DNA of 61,289 bases. It comes from Limisphaerales bacterium. GTDB taxonomy: Bacteria > Verrucomicrobiota > Verrucomicrobiia > Limisphaerales > CAIMTB01. The stretch lies in NCBI GenBank assembly GCA_046155815.1, contig JBJXFY010000148.1:1-61289 (forward strand), read 5' to 3'. Made by a program: the position numbers and the translations under genes. This document shows, piece after piece, positions 44,740 to 53,027 of this stretch (positions within the stretch are counted from its first letter, which is position 1; every line of letters begins with the position of its first letter). Under the pieces are notes generated by a model. The model had not been told where the DNA came from. It worked only from the letters and a program-made list of their open reading frames with translations, and searched no databases.

Positions 44740-45705
44740 CTATTGGTTGAGCAGGTCGCGCGCCGCGGCGGCGATGGAATTCGCCGCGGGCCGGTGCGCG
44801 GTCCAGAGGTTCGGATGGTACGGGATGGGCGTGTCCTTCGCGTTCAACCGGCGCGGCGGGGCGTCGAGCAGGTCGAAGCCCTCCGCCGTCACGCGCGCGA
44901 TCACCTCGGCGGACACGCCGCCCCACGGCCACGCCTCGCCCACGCACAGCAGCCGGCCCGTGCGCGCGACCGAGGCCATCACGGTGTCCGTGTCCAGCGG
45001 CTTCACGGAGCGCAGGTCCACGACCTCGATTTCCCAGCCCTCCGTCGCCAGTTCCGCCGCCGCCGCGAGCGACTCGTGCAGCATGGCGCTGTAGGTCACG
45101 AGGCTCATGTGCCGGCCTTCGCGGGCGATCCGCGCGCGGCCCACGGGCAGCGCCGTGTCCGGCAGGCGGTCGGCCTTGAGGTGGTAATAGAGAAACTTGT
45201 GCTCGCAGAAGATGACGGGGTCATCCAGCGCCACGGCCTCGAGCAGCATGCTGTACGCGTCCTCGACCGTGGCGGGCGTCATCACCACGAGGCCGGGGTA
45301 ATGGGCGTAGATCGTCTCGAGGCACTGGCTGTGGAACGGCCCCGAACCGGCCGTGCCGCCGAAGGGCAGCCGCACCACCACCGGGCACGGCACGCCCGTG
45401 CGCCAGTACGTCGTGGCGGCGTGATTCACGATCTGGTTGAAGCCCACCGTCGAGAAGTCCGCGAACTGCATCTCGATGATCGGCCGCATGCCCTCGTAGG
45501 CCGCGCCCACCGCGAGGCCCACCATCGCGTCCTCGCTGATCGGGGCGTCAATCACCCGGCCGGGGAACTCCTTCGCCAGGTTCTTCGTCGCCTTGAACGC
45601 GCCGCCGAACGCGCCCACGTCCTGCCCGTAGATGAACACGCCCGGATGCTCGCGCAGCGCGCGGGCCTGCGCCTCCCGGATGGCTTCGAGGTAGGTGAGG
45701 CTCAC
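44740..45705 (-). CDS. 2-oxoacid dehydrogenase E1 component, beta subunit
   Basis: GTG at 45705 overlaps the E1-alpha stop (GTGA). SLTYLEAIREAQ...VFIYGQDVGAFGGAFKATK...RVIDAPISEDAMVG is the typical E1-beta pattern. Confidence 0.88.
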   Translation of the reverse strand: MSLTYLEAIREAQARALREHPGVFIYGQDVGAFGGAFKATKNLAKEFPGRVIDAPISEDAMVGLAVGAAYEGMRPIIEMQFADFSTVGFNQIVNHAATTYWRTGVPCPVVVRLPFGGTAGSGPFHSQCLETIYAHYPGLVVMTPATVEDAYSMLLEAVALDDPVIFCEHKFLYYHLKADRLPDTALPVGRARIAREGRHMSLVTYSAMLHESLAAAAELATEGWEIEVVDLRSVKPLDTDTVMASVARTGRLLCVGEAWPWGGVSAEVIARVTAEGFDLLDAPPRRLNAKDTPIPYHPNLWTAHRPAANSIAAAARDLLNQ

Positions 45706-46745
45706 GGCAGGGCGGCCTCCGTCGCGTGGGCGCGCAGGGCCGGCGACGCCAGCGCCACCCAGTCGTGCCGGTAGGGATCCGGCGCGGCCTCGCGCTGGAC
45801 CAGGGCGACCGCCTCGTCCACCTGCCGCGCGATCTCCTGCCGCCAAGAGGCCAGCGCGGCGGCGTCCAGCAGCCCGTGCTTCAGGGCAAACTGCTCCGCC
45901 ACGGGCAGGCAGTCCCGTCCCAGGCCGGACTCGCGCAGCTTCGGCGTCACGTAGTGCGCATCGTCGTGCTCGCCGTGGCCGCACAACCGCAGCAGCGACG
46001 CCACGACGAGCTGCGGCCCCTCGCCCTGGCGCGCGAGAGCCACGGCCTTCCGCAACGTCGCGAGGCACGCCAGCAGGTCCGTGCCGTCCACCTCGTGTGC
46101 GGCCACGCCGTAGCCCGGCGCCTTGTCCGCCAGCGTGCGGCAGGCGAACTGCCGGCTGCGCGGCGTCGAGTAGGCGAACTGGTTGTCCGCGACGACCAGC
46201 ACGAGCGGGAGGTTCTCGACGGCCGCCTGGTTGAGGGCCTCGTGGAACGCGCCCGTGGACGTCGCGCCTTCGCCCAGCACCGCCGCACCCACGCTGCCCG
46301 CCTGCCCGCGCAGCTTGCGGGCAAAGAGCATGCCATTCACCACCGACACCATCGCGCCGAGGTGGCTGATCATGGGCAGCAGCCCCTTGCGCGGCCGGCC
46401 GCGGTGGACGTTGCCGTCGCGGGCCCGCATCGGGCCGAGCGGCGAGCCGAGGTACGTGCGGATGCCGTCCAGAAGATTCTCGCCGAAGGCCAGCCGGCCG
46501 GCGGTGTCGCGGATGAGCGGCGCGAACACGTCGCCCGGCCGCAGGCTCGTCCCGATGGCCGCGCTCAACGCCTCCTGCCCGCGCCCGAGATAGACGCCGC
46601 CGACAATTTTTCCGGCGCGGTACAGCGCGGCCAGCTTCTCGTCCGCGGCGCGCGCCAGCAGCATCCAGCGCAGCGCGGCCCGGAAATCCTCCGCGGCCAC
46701 CCCCTCGGCGAGGGACGGTCGCGCATCGGCGGTGGCGGCAGGCAC
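45702..46745 (-). CDS. 2-oxoacid dehydrogenase E1 component, alpha subunit (ThDP-dependent)
   Basis: ThDP motif GEGATSTGAFHEALNQAAVENLPLVLVVADNQFA. The start is uncertain. I chose GTG 46745 (VPAATADARPSLAEG), upstream of the conserved LRWMLLARAADEK. Confidence 0.8.
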   Translation of the reverse strand: MPAATADARPSLAEGVAAEDFRAALRWMLLARAADEKLAALYRAGKIVGGVYLGRGQEALSAAIGTSLRPGDVFAPLIRDTAGRLAFGENLLDGIRTYLGSPLGPMRARDGNVHRGRPRKGLLPMISHLGAMVSVVNGMLFARKLRGQAGSVGAAVLGEGATSTGAFHEALNQAAVENLPLVLVVADNQFAYSTPRSRQFACRTLADKAPGYGVAAHEVDGTDLLACLATLRKAVALARQGEGPQLVVASLLRLCGHGEHDDAHYVTPKLRESGLGRDCLPVAEQFALKHGLLDAAALASWRQEIARQVDEAVALVQREAAPDPYRHDWVALASPALRAHATEAALP

Positions 46746-46913
46746 GCGGGAGCGTAGGCCGGACGGCGAGCGCGTCGCAACGGCGCAATCCTGCCGGCAG
46801 GGTCCCGGGCCCGGGCGTCCGGTTCCCAGGAAGCCCGGGGCGCAGGCCGTGTCGCCCTCGCACCGCCCCGCGCCGGCGATTGACGCCGCCCCGTCCTCCG
46901 CCACAGTCGCGGC

Positions 46914-47618
46914 ATGCTTTCCCGCCGTGACGCCCTTCGGACCGCCGCCCTCGCCGCCGTCGCCCTGGCCGCCAGGCCGAGACTTGTCGCCGCCGAGGCC
47001 GCCGCGCCATTCAAGCTGCCGCCGCTGCCATACGCCTACGACGCGCTGGAGCCGTTCATTGATGCGCGGACCATGGAGCTGCACCACGGCAAGCACCACG
47101 GTGCCCAAGTGGACAACCTGAATCGGGCCGTCGCTGGCCAGCCGCTCATCGCCGCCATGCCCGCGGAGGCCCTGCTGTCGCGGCTGGACCAGATCCCCGA
47201 GGCCATTCGTACCGCCGTGCGCAACAACGCCGGCGGCCATGTGAACCACACCCTTTTCTGGTTTCAGATGAAGAAGAACGAGGGCGGCCGGCCCGTGGGC
47301 GGGCTCGCGGACGCGATCACAAAGAAGTTCGGCGGCTTAGACGCCTTCAAGGAAGCCTACTCCAAGACGGCGATGGGCGTCTTTGGCAGCGGCTGGGCCT
47401 GGCTGAACCTCGACCCACGGGGCGAACTCGTCATCGGCAGCACGCCGAACCAGGACAATCCGCTCATGGCCGGCCAGAAGCCGCTGCTCGGCCTGGATGT
47501 CTGGGAGCACGCCTATTATCTCAAGCACCAGAACCGCCGCGCCGACTACGTGGCTGCCTACTGGAACGTGATTGACTGGGAGGCGGTGGACGGCCGGTAC
47601 AAGTCGGCCCGGGGCTGA
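46914..47618 (+). CDS. Fe/Mn-family superoxide dismutase with twin-arginine (Tat) signal peptide
   Basis: 234 aa. MLSRRDALRTAALAAVALAARP... is a Tat-type signal. The mature part FKLPPLPYAYDALEPFIDARTMELHHGKHH...DVWEHAYYL is canonical Fe/Mn SOD. Confidence 0.92.
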   Translation: MLSRRDALRTAALAAVALAARPRLVAAEAAAPFKLPPLPYAYDALEPFIDARTMELHHGKHHGAQVDNLNRAVAGQPLIAAMPAEALLSRLDQIPEAIRTAVRNNAGGHVNHTLFWFQMKKNEGGRPVGGLADAITKKFGGLDAFKEAYSKTAMGVFGSGWAWLNLDPRGELVIGSTPNQDNPLMAGQKPLLGLDVWEHAYYLKHQNRRADYVAAYWNVIDWEAVDGRYKSARG

Positions 47619-47684
47619 CAACCGCCCGGGCGTATTCCGCAGCCCTCCAGTTCAGGCCTTGGCCGGCCGCCAGCGGGGCGCAGC

Positions 47685-49247
47685 TCACCTTGCCACGTTG
47701 CCGCCGGAAGCGGCGGCCAGCGCCCGGCCGGCTTCGCCGACCTGCACGTCGAACGCCGCGGTGCGGACCTCGCCACCGGCCTTGAACTGCGCCCAGAGCC
47801 GGTACTCACCGGGTGCGGGGAACTCGTACGGGAAGCTCACGATCCCGTCCGCCGCGGTGCCGGTGCGCGCCGCCCAGACCGCGGCACTCTCCTCCAAACC
47901 TGGAAGCTGGCACATTGGATCGTCCTTGCCGAAGGCCACCTGGCGCGGGGCGCGGCCTTCCTCCCGCATTTCAAAAAGCTGCTGTGCGGCCATCGAAAAC
48001 GAGCCGCCCGGATGCAGGTGCGTGAAGACCCGGCCCGCCCGGTCCCGCAGCACGAGGTGGCCGAACATCCCCAGATACGGCTCAAGCGCCGCAGGCCGGT
48101 TGGCGGCGGAAACCTGGAAGCGGAGCGAGACCGGCGTGCGGGCCATCAAAGGCCCGTCATCCAGCCGCTTGATCGCGTGGCCGTCGGGGAACGTGGCGGA
48201 CCCTCCGGCGGGGGACGTGGTGAGCCACGCGTCGTCGGGGGACGACGAGGGCGGGGACGAGGACGGGGGAAGATGAACGCGGTTGGTGAGGGTTTCGGTG
48301 AAGCCGGTTTCGTAGGTGATCTGGCCGTACACCGCGTATTCACCGGCGGGCAGGGGGGGCAGCATGGTCTCGAACAGGTGGCGGTTCACCCGGATGGGAT
48401 GCAGGTGGGCGAAGGCGTCGAGCCCCGGCTCGCGCACGAGGAAGAGGTGCATCAATTTCCCGTGGTCGGGCACCAGCGGCACCTCGCGCCGTGGGTCGTT
48501 CGGGGAGAGCTTGAGCTGGAGCCGCCGCGGGCCCGTCCCTTCGGCGACGACGGCTTGCACGGCGCGGGGCCGGTAGAGGCGGTTGTTGCGGTACTCGCCG
48601 GCCTCGGCCTGCCACCATTTCCAGCCTCCACCGAGCAGCAGGACGGCCAGCCCGGCCACGCCGGCCACGGTGCCGCGCGCGCCCCAGCGGCGTCGGGGTG
48701 AGGGCGCGTCCCCGGGCGCCAGCACGCTCTCGCGGACGGCCGCACCGGCGATCGCGATGAACAGCAGCACCAGCACGGCGCCCAGCCCGGCGAGGCCCGC
48801 ACCCAGAGCGCGGGGCAGTCCCATCACGCGAGTGGCGGTGGAATTGACCGGGATCAGCGCCTGACCCTCGCCGGCCGCGCCGCTGAGCGCGACCTCCACG
48901 CTGAACGCACCGCTCTCCATGAACCACAGCTCGGCCGAGAACAGGTTCGTCTCGCCGCGGATGGGGCGGGCGACGTCGGGCGCCGGCGCGCCCTGCCGGC
49001 CGGAGTTCCACTTGAGCGGCAGGGCGGTGACCTCGCGCACGTCGCCGTCAAGGATGCGCACCGAAATCTCGGCCAGCCCCGGGATCACGTCGGGCGGGCG
49101 CACCATGACCCGCGCGGAGTACGGCCCGATGCGGCCCTCGTAAAAGACGGGCTGGTGCGCGAGGTCGGCGCGCGCGCAAGGCAGCAGGCCCAGCGCCAGC
49201 AAGGCCGCGGGCAGCAGCCCGGCAGGTCTGACCTGGCGGATCGCCAC
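47685..49247 (-). CDS. hypothetical exported/membrane protein with a duplicated HLHP-motif domain
   Basis: GTG at 49247 gives a good signal peptide (AIRQVRPAGLLPAALLALGLLPCARA). There are two central TM helices. The motif (M/G)HLxLxR(E/D)-x6-F(A/T)HLHP ... P(A/P)GEY occurs twice. The first 15 ORF codons (LVLLVLILVLVLVP) are rejected as repeat DNA. Confidence 0.62.
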   Translation of the reverse strand: MAIRQVRPAGLLPAALLALGLLPCARADLAHQPVFYEGRIGPYSARVMVRPPDVIPGLAEISVRILDGDVREVTALPLKWNSGRQGAPAPDVARPIRGETNLFSAELWFMESGAFSVEVALSGAAGEGQALIPVNSTATRVMGLPRALGAGLAGLGAVLVLLFIAIAGAAVRESVLAPGDAPSPRRRWGARGTVAGVAGLAVLLLGGGWKWWQAEAGEYRNNRLYRPRAVQAVVAEGTGPRRLQLKLSPNDPRREVPLVPDHGKLMHLFLVREPGLDAFAHLHPIRVNRHLFETMLPPLPAGEYAVYGQITYETGFTETLTNRVHLPPSSSPPSSSPDDAWLTTSPAGGSATFPDGHAIKRLDDGPLMARTPVSLRFQVSAANRPAALEPYLGMFGHLVLRDRAGRVFTHLHPGGSFSMAAQQLFEMREEGRAPRQVAFGKDDPMCQLPGLEESAAVWAARTGTAADGIVSFPYEFPAPGEYRLWAQFKAGGEVRTAAFDVQVGEAGRALAAASGGNVAR

Positions 49248-49302
49248 GGGGACGAGGACGAGGACGAGGATGAGGACGAGGAGGACGAGCACGGACGAAA
49301 GA
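49248..49302. repeat. GAGGAC-type repeat tract filling the spacer between two minus-strand genes
   Basis: Plus strand: GGGGACGAGGACGAGGACGAGGATGAGGACGAGGAGGACGAGCACGGACGAAAGA. In gene sense it reads TCTTTCGTCCGTGCTCGTCCTCCTCGTCCTCATCCTCGTCCTCGTCCTCG, the same arm sequence type as downstream of both tRNA-Ser genes. Confidence 0.8.
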
Positions 49303-50508
49303 TCAGCGGCGCACCCGCGCCATGCCGTTGCCGAGCCAGAGACCCGCCCGACAGGCGGCGATGGCGAGGAGCGTGGCGATCAGGAAGGTCTGCCGGGTGG
49401 CGGGCCGGTTCCATTCCGGGCTGCTGACGCTCCAGAACTGGCGCTGCCATTCGCCCATCCGCTCGCCATAGCTCCAGTGGCGGTCCGCGCCAAAGAACCA
49501 GTTCTGCCCGCCCGGGCCGATGAGGAACTCCGCGAAATGCCACTGCGTCGCGAGGAACAGCCCGGTGAAGGCGAGGCCGCCGACGATCGCCAGCAGCCAG
49601 TCGCGCCGCCAGCCCCGGCCATGGCCGATCCAGCCGCGCACCAGGTCGAGTCCGAGGGCGGGCACAACGAGCAGCAGCGGAAAGGCCAGCGGGACGAAGT
49701 GGTCAACGGGATTGTAGATCGGCCCCAGCTTCGGCTCGCCGGGGAAGAGCGGCAGCACCCAGAGCATGGCCGCATTGATCAGCATGAATCCGGCGGCCAT
49801 GAGCGTGGCGCCCCAGCGGAACTTCGAGGCGCGGGCAATCCCGAGGAGGTACACGGGATACGTCGCGCAGGAAGCGAGGCAGAAGACGTGGTTGCGCTGC
49901 TGGTTGGGCCAGCTCTCCTCCGTCAGGAACACGGCCACCATCGCGAGCAGCACCGCCCCGCCATAGACAAAGAGCCAGCGACCGGGCGCCGGTGTTCCGG
50001 GCGGGGCAAGGTTCTGTTCGCGCAGCACCAGCAGCAGCGCCCCCAGCACCACCGCGAACATCCCCAGCGCCAGCAACGTGTGTGGCGGGCTGAGGATCTC
50101 GACGTCGAGGCCGTAGGCGTCGTGCCACCAGTTGTCGAACGGAGCGGAGGTCAGCATCGCGAGGCCGCCCCACGCCGTGACCCACGCCCCCAGCGGGCCG
50201 CGGCAGCCCAGCACGCGCACGTACCCGCCGTGTTCGGCGGCCGGAGTGCGGAAGGTCGCCTGAAAGATCAGCCACGCCGCCGTCAGCCCGCCGAGGGTGC
50301 CGCCGAGGTAGATCGCCAGGTGCGCCGGCGTCCAAAACGTGTCGCGCCCGATCGTCCGGTGCCACGAGATGTCCCAGAGCACGCCCAGCACGATGCTGGT
50401 GGCGCCGAACATGACGACGCGGCTGACCCAGGACGTGGCCGAGGCGCGCGCCGCGGCGGGGGCGGACGGCAGTGCCGAAGGGGGGATGAGGACGGCGGCT
50501 TCGACCAT
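49303..50508 (-). CDS. hypothetical polytopic membrane protein with a duplicated W-H...G-x-D...P-x-H motif
   Basis: About 10 predicted TM helices. The start is ATG 50508 (MVEAAVLIPPS) or TTG 50544. The motifs are DISWHRTIGRDTFWTPAHL and DNWWHDAYGLDVEILSPPH. No family recognised. Confidence 0.62.
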   Translation of the reverse strand: MVEAAVLIPPSALPSAPAAARASATSWVSRVVMFGATSIVLGVLWDISWHRTIGRDTFWTPAHLAIYLGGTLGGLTAAWLIFQATFRTPAAEHGGYVRVLGCRGPLGAWVTAWGGLAMLTSAPFDNWWHDAYGLDVEILSPPHTLLALGMFAVVLGALLLVLREQNLAPPGTPAPGRWLFVYGGAVLLAMVAVFLTEESWPNQQRNHVFCLASCATYPVYLLGIARASKFRWGATLMAAGFMLINAAMLWVLPLFPGEPKLGPIYNPVDHFVPLAFPLLLVVPALGLDLVRGWIGHGRGWRRDWLLAIVGGLAFTGLFLATQWHFAEFLIGPGGQNWFFGADRHWSYGERMGEWQRQFWSVSSPEWNRPATRQTFLIATLLAIAACRAGLWLGNGMARVRR

Positions 50509-50607
50509 GGGCGGCGAGGCTACCGGGATCTGGCGGGGTTTCAATCACGGGGTCTGGCGGATGGGAAATCGCGGATTGGAAAATGGGACATGGGAGAAGG
50601 GATTCGG

Positions 50608-50659
50608 GGTTTCGTGCTCGCCCTCGTCCTCGTCCTCGAAACCGTCCGAATGAACGAAG
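50608..50659. repeat. inverted copy of the GTCCTC-type repeat in the divergent region upstream of gene 49303-50508
   Basis: GGTTTCGTGCTCGCCCTCGTCCTCGTCCTCGAAACC followed by GTCCGAATGAACGAAG. The tract 50613-50638 is the reverse complement type of 49248-49302. Confidence 0.75.
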
Positions 50660-50728
50660 TCGACTACCTGTGGCCGCCCCGCACGTTGCGGCGTTGCTGC
50701 CCGGCCGGCCGCCTGCTTGGCTCCGCCC

Positions 50729-52768
50729 ATGATCCCAATCCTGCATCGCGGCGCGATGCTGACCCTGGCGGCCGGATGGCTGGCCGTCCTCCCGTTGCAG
50801 GGCGACGGACCGGCCGACAACCGGTCTGACAACGTTCGGCCCATCCCGCCGCCCGGCGTGGCCATCGCGGCGGGTGACCGCGTGGAACTCTCCGCCCGCG
50901 CGGCGGTGCTCGCGGCGGAGCTGGACGCGCTGGAGAGCGCGTTGACCAACCAGCCCGCGCTGCTCGCCCGCCTCCCCGACGTGCGGGTGCCGCACAAGGC
51001 CGTGGACTGGGCGCTGCGGTACGACGAGTTTTACGACGCCACGAACGAGGTGACGGCCGCGCGAGGCCTGCTGGCGTTGGCGGAGGAGCGCGCGGCGCAG
51101 CTCCGCGCCGGCCGCTCCCCGTGGATCGCCGCCACGGGCCTCGTGGTGCGGGCGTACCGGTCGCGGATTGACGGCTCGGTGCAGCCCTACGGCCTCGTGG
51201 TGCCGGCGTCGTACCAGCCCAATTCGCCGCACCGCTGGCGGCTTGACGTGTGGTTCCACGGCCGCGGGGAGAAGCTGACCGAGCTGAACTTCATCCGCGA
51301 GCGGCTCGGCTCGCCGGGGGAATTCACGCCGCCGGACACGATCGTGCTGCATCCTTACGGCCGCTACTGCAACGCCAACAAGTTCGCCGGCGAGGTGGAC
51401 CTCTTCGAGGCGCTGGAGGACGTCCAACGCACGCACCGCATCGACCCGGACCGCATCTTTGTGCGCGGCTTCTCGATGGGCGGCGCGGCGTGCTGGCAGT
51501 TCGCGGTGCATTACGCGGACCGCTGGGCGGGCGCGGCCCCGGGCGCGGGCTTCGCGGAGACGAGGGAGTTTCTCAGGATTTTCCAGCATGAGGCCGTCAC
51601 CCCGCCGCCGTGGGAGCAGAAGCTCTGGCACTGGTACGACGCGCCGGACTACGCGGCGAACCTCTTCCACTGCCCGGTCGTCGCCTACAGCGGCGAGCAG
51701 GACAAGCAAAGGCAGGCCGCCGACGTCATGGCCGCCGCGCTCGCCACGGAGGGGATGAACCTCATGCACCTCGTCGGCCCGGGCATGGGCCATCGCTACG
51801 ATGCGGCGTCCAAGGCGGAGATCGAACGCCGGCTGGCGGACATCGCCCGCCGCGGGCGCGACCCTTGGCCGAGGCGCGTCCGCTTCACGACGTGGACGCT
51901 CCGCTACGACCGCATGCATTGGGTGCGGGTGGACGGCCTGGCGGAGCATTGGAAAAGGGCGCGCGTCGGGGCCGAGGTGACCGGCCCGCGGACGGTCGTG
52001 ATCCAGACCGAGAACGTCGCCGCGCTCACGGTGGACATGCCCGCCGGCTCGCCCCTGCTGGAGCCGTCGGGGCTCACATCCTTTGAAATCGACGGGGAGC
52101 CGCTGAACGCTGCGGCGGTGCGCTCGGACCGGTCGGTGCGGGCATCGTTCGTCCGGCGGGACGGGGCTTGGCGGCTGGCGGACGGCGGGGCCGAGGGACT
52201 GGCGAAACGGCACGGCCTGCAGGGGCCGATTGATGACGCGTTCATGGACCGGTTCATCTTCGTCCGGCCGACGGGCGTTTCGACGCATCAGGCTGCCGAC
52301 GCCTGGGCCCGGGCGGAAATGGAACGGGCCATCAGCGAGTGGCGGCGGCAGTTTCGCGGGGACGTGATCGTGCGGGATGACATGGCGGTCACTGAGGCGG
52401 ATGCGCGGGACGCCCACCTGGTGGCGTGGGGCGATCCGGAGTCGAACCGCTGGCTCGCGCGGCACGCGGAACGGCTGCCGGTGCGCTGGGCCGACGGCTG
52501 CATCGCTCTCGGGCGGCACGTCCTCCCCGCCGACAACCACCTGGTGGCGCTCATCCACCCCAACCCGGCGAATCCAACGCGCTACCTCGTGCAGAACAGC
52601 GGCTTCACCTACCGGCCCTACGACTATCTCAACAACGCCCGGCAGACCGCAAAGCTGCCGGATTGGGCGCTTCTCTCCTTGGCCGAGCCCGGAAAACATC
52701 ATCGCCCGGCGGTGGTCGCCGCTGGATTTTTTGGGGAGCAATGGGAGACGATCGGTTCGGATCGTTGA
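50729..52768 (+). CDS. secreted alpha/beta-hydrolase (prolyl oligopeptidase/esterase-like)
   Basis: ATG at 50729 inside ORF 50717-52768, with a signal peptide. The nucleophile elbow is GFSMGG, in the context RIFVRGFSMGGAACW. The substrate is unknown. Confidence 0.7.
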   Translation: MIPILHRGAMLTLAAGWLAVLPLQGDGPADNRSDNVRPIPPPGVAIAAGDRVELSARAAVLAAELDALESALTNQPALLARLPDVRVPHKAVDWALRYDEFYDATNEVTAARGLLALAEERAAQLRAGRSPWIAATGLVVRAYRSRIDGSVQPYGLVVPASYQPNSPHRWRLDVWFHGRGEKLTELNFIRERLGSPGEFTPPDTIVLHPYGRYCNANKFAGEVDLFEALEDVQRTHRIDPDRIFVRGFSMGGAACWQFAVHYADRWAGAAPGAGFAETREFLRIFQHEAVTPPPWEQKLWHWYDAPDYAANLFHCPVVAYSGEQDKQRQAADVMAAALATEGMNLMHLVGPGMGHRYDAASKAEIERRLADIARRGRDPWPRRVRFTTWTLRYDRMHWVRVDGLAEHWKRARVGAEVTGPRTVVIQTENVAALTVDMPAGSPLLEPSGLTSFEIDGEPLNAAAVRSDRSVRASFVRRDGAWRLADGGAEGLAKRHGLQGPIDDAFMDRFIFVRPTGVSTHQAADAWARAEMERAISEWRRQFRGDVIVRDDMAVTEADARDAHLVAWGDPESNRWLARHAERLPVRWADGCIALGRHVLPADNHLVALIHPNPANPTRYLVQNSGFTYRPYDYLNNARQTAKLPDWALLSLAEPGKHHRPAVVAAGFFGEQWETIGSDR

Positions 52769-52935
52769 TCCGCAGGAACGGCTGGCATTGAACATTCAAC
52801 TAGTTCTTCAGGAAATGGTTAGGACGATTCTAGGACGCCTCCAGGCCGGGCCATGCGGGTCGGAGGACTCCTGTGCCGCCGGTCGGGCCGCGCGTCGGGC
52901 TGGATTTGGAAACCTCGTGAACCGAAATGTTTCGC

Positions 52936-52965
52936 TTGACCCAGGGACGCGCAGGCTGCCATAAC
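52936..52965 (+). promoter_or_regulatory. sigma70-like promoter candidate for PEP-CTERM gene 53028
   Basis: TTGACC (52936-52941), an 18-nt spacer, then CATAAC (52960-52965), about 60 nt upstream of the ATG. Confidence 0.3.
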
Positions 52966-53027
52966 ACGCGTGTCGTTTGGCAGGGCAATCCCTGCGCGCC
53001 GAATCTGACTAACCTGAAAAATCTGCC

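Noticed and set aside
49248-49292. Leu/Val-repeat N-terminus (MLVLLVLILVLVLVP) of ORF 47685-49292, and poly-Asp/Glu or Arg/Gly reading frames through the other GAGGAC tracts
   Set aside because: These are translations of the GTCCTC/GAGGAC repeat DNA. A GTG at 49247, directly after the repeat, gives a normal signal peptide, so the repeat is treated as an intergenic spacer.
49703-52795. 1030-aa minus-strand ORF
   Set aside because: It overlaps two better-supported genes, the membrane protein 49303-50508 on the same strand in another frame and the alpha/beta hydrolase on the plus strand. Its composition is Arg/Pro/Gly-rich with no motifs.
52819-52837. Direct repeat TAGGACG-N4-TAGGACG about 200 nt upstream of the second PEP-CTERM gene, as a response-regulator binding site
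   Set aside because: It is a single pair of 7-mers, which could easily arise by chance. There is no regulator gene nearby and no second occurrence in the window. It is too weak to report as a feature.
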